A stretch of 64,000 nucleotides of DNA from Acidimicrobiia bacterium (GTDB taxonomy: Bacteria; Actinomycetota; Acidimicrobiia; Spongiisociales; ZC4RG35), in assembly GCA_965215185.1 (NCBI GenBank), contig OZ244034.1, positions 2,304,001 to 2,368,000 of the forward strand. The letters are read 5' to 3'. The notes beneath the pieces are model-generated. The model was given only the letters and a program-made list of their open reading frames with translations, was not told the origin of the DNA and made no database searches. Position numbers and translations under genes: made by a program. Of this stretch, positions 41,293-50,674 are shown piece by piece. How positions within the stretch are numbered: position 1 is the first letter of the stretch; every line of letters begins with the position of its first letter.

Positions 41293-41312
41293 GGGCACCT
41301 ATAAGTATGAGT
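41154..41312 (-). ncRNA. Left end / putative bridge RNA of IS110 C, separated from its ORF by element B
   Basis: Joining 39737-39753 to 41154 onward restores a sequence collinear with 37052-37215. Confidence 0.7.
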
Positions 41313-41845
41313 GGTTGGAGTCGACGTGGACGGGCGTAAACATGTGCTGGGGGTATGGCTGGGCGACGGCGGTGAAGGCGCCAAATACTGGTTGTCGGTA
41401 CTTACCGAGATACGCAACCGAGGCCTCGAAGACGCGCTGATCGTGTGCTGTGACGGCCTGAAAGGGCTCCCGGACGCGATCGAGGCGACATGGCCCCAGG
41501 CGCTGGTGCAGACCTGTGTGATCCACCTGCTGCGAGCCTCTATGCGGCTCTGCAGTTGGAAAGACCGAAAAACCATTGTGGCGGGCTTGCGACGCGTTTA
41601 CACCGCGGTAAACGCCGAAGCCGCTGTTGAGGCGTTGGACGAGCTCGAGGAACAATGGGGAAATCACTATCCCGGCGTTATACGAATATGGCGCCAGGCG
41701 TGGGAAGAGTTCACCCCGTTCCTGCGGTTCCCGCCAGAGCTTCGCAAGGTCGTGTACACAACCAACGTCGTCGAAAGCGTCCACTATCAACTACGGAAAG
41801 TCACCAAAACCAGGGGGCATTTCCCCACCGACCAATCCGCCCTCG
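41313..41845 (+). mobile_element. IS256 transposase internal fragment
   Basis: GRKHVLGVW, RNRG..CDGLKGL, QTCVIHLLR, YTTNVVES. Confidence 0.9.
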
Positions 41846-41953
41846 CACTTGGATCGCGCCTCGCCCAACAGCATCCAAATGCTGGGGCCGAGCGAGTTGA
41901 TATCGGTGGCCTTGAAAGTGATCCACGGGTGGGACTTCAGATAGGAGCGCACA
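41846..41953 (-). pseudogene. Possible Fic-family protein N-terminal fragment
   Basis: SHPWITF..IWMLLGEARSKCE recalled from Fic protein N-termini. Confidence 0.45.
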
Positions 41954-42069
41954 AGTGCCGCTCTACTATCGGTATATTGTTTTGACCATTCTGATGTCCA
42001 ACTTGTTGTCCAGTAAAGAGACAGTGCAGTCAAGAGGTTTGCGGGAGTTCCCCCGCGTTCTAGTCGGGG

Positions 42070-43614
42070 CTAAGCCTCCGTCTGGAACTTGGCTTTCTCT
42101 GCGTCTCGGAGCCATCTTTTCATTACTTTGCCGGAGTCGTTGCGGACTAGGGCATCTACTACTTCGAAGTGTTTGGGGACTTTGAATTTGCCGAGGTTGG
42201 CGCGGCAGTGGGCGGTTAGTTCTTCTTCGGTGACGGTCATGCCGGGGAGGGCCACCACGAAGGCTTTGGGTACTTCGTCCCAACGCTCATCGGGCACTCC
42301 CACCACTGCTGTCTCGCTAACTGCCGGGTGTCTGGCCAGCACCCGCTCAATTTCGGCGCTTGCCACGTTTTCTCCGCCGCTTTTGATCATGTCCTTCTTG
42401 CGGTCCACAAACCACATATAGCCCTCGGCGTCGATGCGGCAGATGTCGCCTGAGTGGAACCATCCGTCGCGGAAGGCGGCGGCGGTCTCGTCAGGATCGT
42501 TCCAGTAACCCGGCGACACTTTGGGTCCACGGGCGACTAACTCTCCGGGCTCCCCGGGCGGCACCGGTCGGCCTTCGTCGTCCACTATCCGAAGATCTAT
42601 GTTGGCAAAGGGCCTTCCCACAGATCCTATTTTCTCGGGAGGGGGGTTGGCCTCCAGGTAGGCGGCGCCGTTGGTGAGTTCGGTCATCCCATACGCCTCT
42701 GACAACCGCACGTGCGGCAGGGTCTCCTGGAAACGGCGATAGACCGGCGCCGGCAGCCCTCCGAAGATGATCCACTTCAGAGAAGACAGGTCGTACTGAT
42801 GGCGGTCTTCCATCCTCATGATGTCGTGGATGATCTGAGCGGCCAGCACCCCTCCCGCCACCTTCTCCTTCGCCACCAGCTTCACGATCTCCCGGCCCGC
42901 ATAGCTGTGGACGATCACCAGCGTCGCTCCTATGTAAAGAGCAGTGAGTCCTGGGACATCCAGTCCGCTGACGTGAAATAGCGGCGCCGAAAGCATGATC
43001 CGGTCACTAGGAACCAGTTCCATTTCCAGAATCTGACCCACCTGATTCCAGATCACGTTTCCGTGGGTGGTGATCACCCCTTTGGGATGGCTGGTGGTAC
43101 CCGACGTGTAAAGAATCCGGGCCAGATCATCCAGCCCCATCTGGGCGTCAGGCACCTCTGCCCCGGCGGCGGCAGCCATCAATTCCTCGTAAACGTGCCA
43201 GCCGGCTGGGCCTTGGCCGGCATGGACGATGACGTGCCGGATGTCTGGAGAAGAAGCGAGCGTCTCTTGGGCTTTGTCGTGGAACCGTTGATCGACCACC
43301 AGTCCCACCGCTCCGGAATGGTTGAGGATGTAGGTCAACTCCCGAGGGTGAAGGCGCCAGTTGAGGGGGATAAAGGCCGCTCCGATCCGGTTGATGGCCA
43401 GGATCTCGATCAGGTAGTGATAGGAGTTGTCGGCCAGGATGGCGATGATGTCTCCCCTCCCATACCCCAGGTCCAAGAGCGCCTGGGCCATTTCGCTGAC
43501 CGCCGCGTCCAGTTGCCGGTAGGTAAGCCGGACCTCTCCATCAACCACGGCCTCCTTGTCTCCGAAGCGGTGCTTGTTGCGTTCCAGCAGGCGGCTCAGA
43601 TTGGCGGTGGGCAT
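42070..43614 (-). CDS. Acyl-CoA synthetase
   Basis: YTSGTTSHPKG, EAYGMTE, HSGD, SGKVMK; paralog of 14040-15605. Confidence 0.95.
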   Translation of the reverse strand: MPTANLSRLLERNKHRFGDKEAVVDGEVRLTYRQLDAAVSEMAQALLDLGYGRGDIIAILADNSYHYLIEILAINRIGAAFIPLNWRLHPRELTYILNHSGAVGLVVDQRFHDKAQETLASSPDIRHVIVHAGQGPAGWHVYEELMAAAAGAEVPDAQMGLDDLARILYTSGTTSHPKGVITTHGNVIWNQVGQILEMELVPSDRIMLSAPLFHVSGLDVPGLTALYIGATLVIVHSYAGREIVKLVAKEKVAGGVLAAQIIHDIMRMEDRHQYDLSSLKWIIFGGLPAPVYRRFQETLPHVRLSEAYGMTELTNGAAYLEANPPPEKIGSVGRPFANIDLRIVDDEGRPVPPGEPGELVARGPKVSPGYWNDPDETAAAFRDGWFHSGDICRIDAEGYMWFVDRKKDMIKSGGENVASAEIERVLARHPAVSETAVVGVPDERWDEVPKAFVVALPGMTVTEEELTAHCRANLGKFKVPKHFEVVDALVRNDSGKVMKRWLRDAEKAKFQTEA

Positions 43615-43638
43615 GGCTGGTTTGTCCTCTGGTTGGGC

Positions 43639-44145
43639 CTAAGTGTCTTTGGCGTGCTTACTACGGTAGGCCAGAATCTCGGCCCGGGTGGGAAGAGCTA
43701 CGAATTCCAACAGATAACCGTCGGGATCCTTGGCAATAAAGGATCGGATCACCCCGTAGTTCTCGAGTTCCACAGCCAGGGGCTCGCAAAGAAACTCAGC
43801 ACCGGCCTCTTGCGCCCGACGGTACTGATCGTCAATCGTGTCGCCCTCTTTGATTTCAAACGACATGAGAAACCCGCCCAGGTCCTTCATCCCTCCCGGC
43901 CTGGTTCCCGGCGTGAGTCCATCATCCCATTCGATTAGTTCGATCTGGCCCAATTTCGACGGACCTTGCAGGAACACCGAGCGCCCGGTGGTGCCGGGGG
44001 GAAGCGCCAGGAACTTCTCCACGTCTTCTCCCTCCTGTTTCATCCTCAAAGTCGGCCGGTAGCCCAAGACCTGTTGATAGAACGCCACCGAGCGGTCCAA
44101 ATCGGTCACCGGCAAGGCGACATGGTGAATCTCGCTGACGCTCAT
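43639..44145 (-). CDS. VOC/glyoxalase family protein
   Basis: HHVALPVTDLDRSVAFY, DPDGYLLEF; paralog of 22125-22652. Confidence 0.88.
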   Translation of the reverse strand: MSVSEIHHVALPVTDLDRSVAFYQQVLGYRPTLRMKQEGEDVEKFLALPPGTTGRSVFLQGPSKLGQIELIEWDDGLTPGTRPGGMKDLGGFLMSFEIKEGDTIDDQYRRAQEAGAEFLCEPLAVELENYGVIRSFIAKDPDGYLLEFVALPTRAEILAYRSKHAKDT

Positions 44146-45206
44146 ACCAGAGTCAACTGATCAGACATCTGCAATTGGGGTATTACCTCCGAGGCGAAGG
44201 TTTCCATGGCCGTCAGGGCGGCAGATCGATCCAGAGACGGTATCCGAAACCAACCTATGTAATGAGTGACGCCCAACTCTTCGCCCAATAGGCTCAAGGT
44301 GTTGACCACTTGGTCGACCGAGCCGAAGTTTCCTCCGTGGGTGAGAGTCTGCTCCAAGGTGAGAAGCTCGATGTTCTCCCGGACCTTGGCGTAGTAGGCC
44401 GCTTCCGAGGCAAGCGCATCGTCGGATCCGGGGATCACTTTTCCGACTGATTGGTAGTAGCGAAGCGCGGCTTCGGCGGCCTCCCGCAGGCCAGCGGGAT
44501 CGGCGCCCGCCCACACCTGCTGCATGAACGGCAATTCGTAGTCGGCAGGGTTGAAGCCCGCCTCCACCAGAGAATCCCGATACACCTGGAAGTTGTCTTT
44601 CATCTTGCCCAGCGGAGTGAAGTTGGGAGAGGTGATGATGTTGGATCCGTCCAAACCCCTCTTTCTGAAAGAACTGGGGGATACTGCTCCGTGTACCAGT
44701 GGTGGGCCGCCCGCCTGATAGGGCCGGGGATAGGTGGTGAGGTTCTCGTATTGGAAATGTCGCCCCTGATAAGACCAGCCCTCCTCATTCCAGGCCAGAC
44801 TCACAATGTCCATCGCCTCGGCGTAGAGTTCCCGAGACTGGGCCGGATCGACTCCGAATCCTTTGAATTCCTTGGGCTGGTATCCCCGTCCCACTCCCAT
44901 CTGAAACCGTCCCTTGCTGATCACATCCAGCGCCGCTCCCTCTTCGGCCAAACGGATCGGGTCATGGAAGGGAACCACCATCACTGCAGTTCCGACCATG
45001 ATCTTTCGGGTACTGGCGGCGATCGCCGCTCCAAATTGCAGTGGGTTGCCCAATATGCCATAGCGGGAAAAGTGGTGCTCGGCTAGCCACACCGAATCAA
45101 AACCCAGTTGATCGGCGATCTGGATCTCCTCCAAGGTGTCATGGAGCACCTGGTGGTCTTCTTGTTCACCGGCCGATGGGAACAGATTCATGATTCCGAA
45201 TTTCAT
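44142..45206 (-). CDS. LLM flavin-dependent oxidoreductase
   Basis: GFDSVWLAEHHF, DPIRLAEE, GVGRGY. Confidence 0.92.
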   Translation of the reverse strand: MKFGIMNLFPSAGEQEDHQVLHDTLEEIQIADQLGFDSVWLAEHHFSRYGILGNPLQFGAAIAASTRKIMVGTAVMVVPFHDPIRLAEEGAALDVISKGRFQMGVGRGYQPKEFKGFGVDPAQSRELYAEAMDIVSLAWNEEGWSYQGRHFQYENLTTYPRPYQAGGPPLVHGAVSPSSFRKRGLDGSNIITSPNFTPLGKMKDNFQVYRDSLVEAGFNPADYELPFMQQVWAGADPAGLREAAEAALRYYQSVGKVIPGSDDALASEAAYYAKVRENIELLTLEQTLTHGGNFGSVDQVVNTLSLLGEELGVTHYIGWFRIPSLDRSAALTAMETFASEVIPQLQMSDQLTLV

Positions 45207-45230
45207 ATCCCGAACTCCGCTTCTCTTATC

Positions 45231-45248
45231 ATTCCGACCGGTCAGTAT
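45231..45248. promoter_or_regulatory. Pseudo-palindromic putative TetR operator
   Basis: ATTCCGACC|GGTCAGTAT upstream of the LLM gene. Confidence 0.55.
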
Positions 45249-45284
45249 GTTAGCGGATTCTTTCTGAATGTGCCGAGCGAGAAG

Positions 45285-46277
45285 CTAACGGTTGCGAAAA
45301 TGAGGAATGACCTCCTCGGCGAATCGCCTCACCGAATCAGTGGAAACAGAGGCCGGCATCCCGGTCCAGAACGGACGAAAGATCACATGGTTGATGCCCA
45401 GCGCCCGAAGCGATTCGATCCTGGCGATGAGGGTGGCGGGAGAGCCCACGTGAAAGGTGGTGCGGACCAGTTCCTCGATGCGGGACTTCTGCCAGGAAAT
45501 GGCCTCATACTCGGAGTAGATCATGTACTCCCTCTCCATGTACGGCAGAGCCGATTCGACCGCGGTCTTGTCATCGGGACCGCAGAAAAGTTCAACGATC
45601 AGAGGATATTCCCTTCCCTCCCGGGTCTTACCGGCCTCGGCCAACGCCTGGTCGTGCAATGCCAAAGCCTTCACCAGGTATCGGGGACTTGGCGAGTTAC
45701 CCGGAGCGAACCAGGCGTCTCCCATGCGAGCGGCTCGTTTCACCGCCGGTTTGCCTCCCGCTCCGATCCAGATGGGAGGGCCCCCCGGCTGGTGGGGAGG
45801 AACGCTGATGGTGTGGCCGGACACCTGGTAGTGCCGTCCTCGATAATCGACCTCCTCGCCACTCCACATTTGCCTGATGATCTCGATCGATTCGGTGAGC
45901 CGACCGGCCCGCTCCGCCCGGGGGATTCCGAAAGCGTCGAACTCGTTGTCCCGATATCCGGCGCCCAGACCCAGCACCACCCTTCCGCCAGAAATCTGAT
46001 CCAAGGTTGCGAACTCCTCGGCCACATGAACCGGATGAAGAAACGGCGCCAGCAAAATAGCGGTGCCGATGGTCATGGTGTCGGTAATCCCGGCCAGTCG
46101 GGCGGTCATCGAAATGGGCTGGAAGGTGGCGAGGTTGGCCAGATAATGGTGGATGGTCCACATCGAGTCGTATCCGAGTTGTTGGGCGGTCTCAGCCAGA
46201 TCCCACAACTCGGCGAGCCGCTGTTGAAGGTCGTCGGAATGCAGGTATTGATGGGAGGCCAGCAGCCCGAATTTCAT
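45285..46277 (-). CDS. LLM flavin-dependent oxidoreductase
   Basis: WTIHHYL, HPVHVAEEFATLDQISGGR. Confidence 0.92.
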   Translation of the reverse strand: MKFGLLASHQYLHSDDLQQRLAELWDLAETAQQLGYDSMWTIHHYLANLATFQPISMTARLAGITDTMTIGTAILLAPFLHPVHVAEEFATLDQISGGRVVLGLGAGYRDNEFDAFGIPRAERAGRLTESIEIIRQMWSGEEVDYRGRHYQVSGHTISVPPHQPGGPPIWIGAGGKPAVKRAARMGDAWFAPGNSPSPRYLVKALALHDQALAEAGKTREGREYPLIVELFCGPDDKTAVESALPYMEREYMIYSEYEAISWQKSRIEELVRTTFHVGSPATLIARIESLRALGINHVIFRPFWTGMPASVSTDSVRRFAEEVIPHFRNR

Positions 46278-47263
46278 GTCGAGGATCCACCGGAATCAGT
46301 GTGCTTCATCCTTCCTCCTAACCGGAAGAAGGGCGCCACCGCCTCGTCGCGCTCTCTTAGGGTCCGGGCCAGGCCCTTGTCTCTTCTTTCCCGGAGGAAA
46401 TTGAACTCTCCCTCCTCCAGCACCAGGTTGGTGGCCCAACCGTGGCCCACCCATCCGGTCATCTCACCCACTCCCTTGCCGCGGGCCTCCATCACCATCT
46501 GCATCATGGCCTTGCCCATCATGATTCCATCCAGAGGCATCATGGTGATGGCGGTTGCGTAGTCATCCACCCAGCGATCCAACTCTTCGCGGGGGACCAC
46601 CTTGTTTACGAACCCGATTTGCTCGGCCTCCGACGCCCCCAGAGGCCGCATGGTCAGCATGATCTCCTTCATCTTCTTGAGTCCCAGGTTTTCGATCCAG
46701 GCGTACATGTCCTGGGGAGCGGCGCCCAGGTAACGAAAAGCGGGATGCGTGAACAGGGCGTCGGGAGAAGCGATCACCAAATCGGTGGCCAGAGCGATCT
46801 GCATGTGCCCCCCATAGCAATAGCCGTGCACCTGGGAGATGGTGGCCTTCAGGCAGTTGGTGATGGGAGTGGTGAACGCCCCGAAGATCAGGTTGCGGTC
46901 GGGAAGCATTCGCTGGCGCTGAGCGGGGCGTCGCCGAGTGGCTCGGTCTTTGCCTTTGCCGTACCCGATGTAGTGGCCCAACTCGGAGGCGTCGGCACCG
47001 GTGCCGAAGCAGGGCCCGACGCCGCGGAAGACGATCACCTTGACGCTGTCATCCACCTCCGCCTCCTTCACCAGATCCCCGATCCGCTCCAGGGCGGCGA
47101 TGGGAAGGGCGTTGAGGCGTTCGGGAACATTGAAAGTCACATAGGCGATGGGCTTTTCGGGGTGCTTTTCGTAGAGGACGCTCTCTTCCAGCACGGCCGG
47201 GTCGGTCTGCATCGCCTCGGCGTCCCACTGTTCTCCCAGCAGATCGTATTCACTCTTTTTCAT
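46274..47263 (-). CDS. Enoyl-CoA hydratase/isomerase family
   Basis: PERLNAL, FGTGAD, VHGYCYGG. Confidence 0.88.
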   Translation of the reverse strand: MKKSEYDLLGEQWDAEAMQTDPAVLEESVLYEKHPEKPIAYVTFNVPERLNALPIAALERIGDLVKEAEVDDSVKVIVFRGVGPCFGTGADASELGHYIGYGKGKDRATRRRPAQRQRMLPDRNLIFGAFTTPITNCLKATISQVHGYCYGGHMQIALATDLVIASPDALFTHPAFRYLGAAPQDMYAWIENLGLKKMKEIMLTMRPLGASEAEQIGFVNKVVPREELDRWVDDYATAITMMPLDGIMMGKAMMQMVMEARGKGVGEMTGWVGHGWATNLVLEEGEFNFLRERRDKGLARTLRERDEAVAPFFRLGGRMKHTDSGGSST

Positions 47264-48783
47264 GGGGCGGTCTTCTCCAAGTTTGGCTTATCCAACAGAG
47301 CCCGGTTGATCTTGCCGGTCTCGGTGCGGGGTAGGGCGGAGACGAACTCCACCTGTCTGATGGCTTTGAAGTGCGCCAGTCGATCTCTGACGTACTCCTT
47401 CAACTCGGCGCCCATACCCGCAGAAACGATATCGGGCGCCACCACATACGCCTTGGGAACCTCGCCCATCCGTTCATCAGGAACCCCTATTACCGCTACG
47501 TCCGCCACCACCGGGTGGGAACGCAACACCTCTTCCAGTTCGGCAGGCCACACCTGAAACCCCCCGGTCTTGATCATGTCCCGCTTTCGCCCCACCAGGA
47601 ACAACACTCCGTCATCGTCCAGATAACCCACATCACCGGAGTGGACCCATCCGTTGCGGACCAACTCCCCGCTGGCCTCCCGGTCGCCCAGATATCCCTT
47701 GGCCAGGTCACTGCGGACACAGATCTCGCCCACCTCCCGCAACCCGAGCGCCCTGCCCTCTTCATCGCGGATCTCCAAGCTAACCCCCTCATAGACCCGA
47801 CCGGCCGATCCGGGCTTCCAACGGCCCGCCACCAGATCGGCCCGGGTCCATCCCGCCACATGCCCTGTTTCAGTCGAGCCGTAGTTGGTAGCGATGGGGA
47901 TCCCGAAACGCTCTTCGAATCGTCGCCGAAGCTGGGAATCAAGCGCTTGGCCCGCCACCAGCACCGCCCGTACCGTGCTCAAATCCACCGGCTCGTCCAA
48001 CGCGCACAGGTCATAGAGCATGGTCGGCATCAGGAACAGATTGTCGATCCGGTACCGCTCGACCAACTCCACCACCCGGGCCGCGTTGAACTTTTCCATC
48101 AGCAATAGGGGTCTTCCCACATAGAAGGCGAACAGCATGGTCTGCTGACCCCCACTGTGGAACAGGGGCAAAGCCAACAGGTTGGGCGGGACGCCAGGAG
48201 GGGCCATTTGGTAGGGCCCGGGACGCCCTTTGGAGACCGCCGCCAACTTCCTCACCGCCCCGGTCGTTCCCCCGTGGGTGGTGACCACCGGTTTGGGCAA
48301 CCCGGTGGTCCCGCCGGTGAAAACCACCACCGCCTCATCGCTGTCTTGCATCTCCAACGGAGGATCGGAAAGCGCTGAGCTCGAGGTGCTTTCCTCCCAT
48401 TCTTCCATGCTGCCAGCCGCCAGGGTGAGAGTCTCCCATCCGCTCACCAGCGGCGTCTGGGGGGTGATCACTACCAGTCTCGGGCGGGTTTGCTTGAGCG
48501 TCTTGGTCAATTCGTCACGGTTGTAGAGCGATGAGATGGTGACAGGGACCGCCCCCAGCCTCCAGACGCCATACAGCAGGGCCACCACTTCCGGGCGGTT
48601 GGGAACCACAATGGCCACCCGATCGCCTCGGACCACTCCACTGTCCTGCAACAGCCGGGCCACTGCGGCTGAAGTCCGCTCCAGGGCTCCCCAACTCCAG
48701 TTGCGCCCGTCCTCGAAAACCAGGGCAGAGCGATCCGAAGCTTCCTGCGCTCGATCGGAGAGCACCGCGGCGATATTTACCAC
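47260..48783 (-). CDS. Acyl-CoA synthetase
   Basis: FTGGTTGLPK, NYGSTE, HSGDVG, TGKINR. Confidence 0.92.
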   Translation of the reverse strand: MVNIAAVLSDRAQEASDRSALVFEDGRNWSWGALERTSAAVARLLQDSGVVRGDRVAIVVPNRPEVVALLYGVWRLGAVPVTISSLYNRDELTKTLKQTRPRLVVITPQTPLVSGWETLTLAAGSMEEWEESTSSSALSDPPLEMQDSDEAVVVFTGGTTGLPKPVVTTHGGTTGAVRKLAAVSKGRPGPYQMAPPGVPPNLLALPLFHSGGQQTMLFAFYVGRPLLLMEKFNAARVVELVERYRIDNLFLMPTMLYDLCALDEPVDLSTVRAVLVAGQALDSQLRRRFEERFGIPIATNYGSTETGHVAGWTRADLVAGRWKPGSAGRVYEGVSLEIRDEEGRALGLREVGEICVRSDLAKGYLGDREASGELVRNGWVHSGDVGYLDDDGVLFLVGRKRDMIKTGGFQVWPAELEEVLRSHPVVADVAVIGVPDERMGEVPKAYVVAPDIVSAGMGAELKEYVRDRLAHFKAIRQVEFVSALPRTETGKINRALLDKPNLEKTAP

Positions 48784-48786
48784 CGT

Positions 48787-49776
48787 TTACCTACCGCCGG
48801 AATGAAGGGGCGCCCCCTCGGGCTGAATACAACGAGACCCGTGGTCGTGATGAGTCTGTGTCCACCTCACATCGACGTCCGAGCAGGCTTGCACAGCGTG
48901 GGCACATCGGGAAGCGAACCGACAGCCCACGAACGCGGCCGTCACCCGCGGCGGGGTCCCGTCGATTCCCACCAGCGGCGCCTTTTTTGCCCACACCGGC
49001 ACCGACCTCAGAAGACCCAGCGTGTAGGGGTGGTGGGGTGAGTTGACCACAACCGACGTCGGGCCCAGCTCGACGATCTCTCCTCCGTACATCACCGCCA
49101 TCCGGGTGCATACTTCGGCGGCCAAAAGCAGGTCGTGGGTGACATAAATCAGAGAATGCCCCATGTCGGTAGCCAATTCCCTCACCAATTCCATCACCTC
49201 GGCCTGGGTGGTGACGTCGAGCGCCGAAGTGGACTCGTCAGCGATCACGATCTCGGGCTTGGAAACGATGGCGATGGCGATGGCGGCCCGTTGCCGCATC
49301 CCGCCCGACAGTTGGTGGGGATAGGATCGAAGCACCCGTTTGGGATCGTGGAATCCCATTCGTGAGATCACCTCTTCGATTCTCTCTGCCCTTTCGGCCG
49401 AGCTTTGGTCGGGTCGGTTGGCTCGCAGCACCTGCCTTATCTGGGTGTTGATTCGCAGCAACGGGTTGAGGGAACTGGAGGCGTTCTGGAAGACCATCCC
49501 CACATGACGGCCGCGAAGACGCTTCAGATTGTTTTGGCCATCTCCCAGCACTTGCTGGCCCTGGAAATAGATGGATCCCTCGGTGATCCGGACGTTTCGT
49601 TCGGTGAGGCCCAACAAGCTTCGCACGGCGGTGGTCTTTCCGCTTCCCGACTCTCCGATCAGCCCGATCACGTCTCCGGGATAGATATCAAGATCTAACT
49701 TGTCGACCGCCACGATGGTTCCCACGGAACTGGTGGCCTCCACCCTCAACGACCGAACGCTCAGCAGGGGTTCCAT
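48787..49776 (-). CDS. ABC peptide-type transporter ATP-binding subunit
   Basis: [32 protein letters not shown]. Confidence 0.93.
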   Translation of the reverse strand: MEPLLSVRSLRVEATSSVGTIVAVDKLDLDIYPGDVIGLIGESGSGKTTAVRSLLGLTERNVRITEGSIYFQGQQVLGDGQNNLKRLRGRHVGMVFQNASSSLNPLLRINTQIRQVLRANRPDQSSAERAERIEEVISRMGFHDPKRVLRSYPHQLSGGMRQRAAIAIAIVSKPEIVIADESTSALDVTTQAEVMELVRELATDMGHSLIYVTHDLLLAAEVCTRMAVMYGGEIVELGPTSVVVNSPHHPYTLGLLRSVPVWAKKAPLVGIDGTPPRVTAAFVGCRFASRCAHAVQACSDVDVRWTQTHHDHGSRCIQPEGAPLHSGGR

Positions 49777-49780
49777 GGCG

Positions 49781-50674
49781 CTACACGTAGGTCCGTTTGC
49801 GAGGGTCGTATCGGGCCCGCAGGGCGTCGCCCAGCAGGTTGATCGACAACACCACGAAGGTGATGGCGATCCCCGGGAAGGCCACCACCCACCAAGCATC
49901 CTGGATGAACTCCCGTCCACCCGCCAGCATCCCTCCCCAACTGATATCGGGAGAGACCACTCCCAGTCCCAGGAAGCTGAGCGCACTTTCGGCCAGAATC
50001 ATGGTGCCCACTTCCAAAGTAGCCAACACCAGCACCGTGCCCCCCACGTTGGGCAAGACGTGCCGGAGAATTATCCGCATGGATGAGGCGCCCGCCGCTC
50101 GCAACCCCAGGATGAAGGGGCGCTCGCGAAGAGAAAGGGCCTCGGCTCGGATGACGCGGGCGTACTGCGCCCAGCTGATGATGGCCAACACCGCCACCAG
50201 CACCGTCAATGACCTGCCCCGGCTGACGATGATGGCGATGGCCAAAAGGATGAAGGGAAGCGCCAGTTGGGCGTCGACTACCCGGGCGATGACGGTGTCC
50301 ATCCACCCCCGGCGATAACCGGCGATCATCCCCAGCAGCGTTCCAAACACCGATCCAAACAGCACCGCCGCGATAGCGATCACGAAGGTCAGCCGACCGC
50401 CATAGATAAGGCGGGCCAGCAGGTCCCGGCCCAGTTGGTCGGTGCCGAGTGGATGCTCCCACGTGCCGCCCTCCAAGAAGATGGGCGGAATCAGCCGGGC
50501 CCGCAAATCCTGGAGCCCCGGATCGACCAGGGGGAGGAGCGGCGCAACCAGTACCACCAGGCCCAACAGCACCAGGGGCAGTCCCATCATCCACAGCGAC
50601 CGGTTGTTGGCCCGGCGTACCCTATTGGCCTGCTTCCCCAACACAGCGCCGGTCAGCATTCTTCCAAACATCAT
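49781..50674 (-). CDS. ABC peptide-type transporter permease (OppC/DppC-like)
   Basis: HPLGTDQLGRD, ESALSFLGLG, GDALR. Confidence 0.93.
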   Translation of the reverse strand: MMFGRMLTGAVLGKQANRVRRANNRSLWMMGLPLVLLGLVVLVAPLLPLVDPGLQDLRARLIPPIFLEGGTWEHPLGTDQLGRDLLARLIYGGRLTFVIAIAAVLFGSVFGTLLGMIAGYRRGWMDTVIARVVDAQLALPFILLAIAIIVSRGRSLTVLVAVLAIISWAQYARVIRAEALSLRERPFILGLRAAGASSMRIILRHVLPNVGGTVLVLATLEVGTMILAESALSFLGLGVVSPDISWGGMLAGGREFIQDAWWVVAFPGIAITFVVLSINLLGDALRARYDPRKRTYV

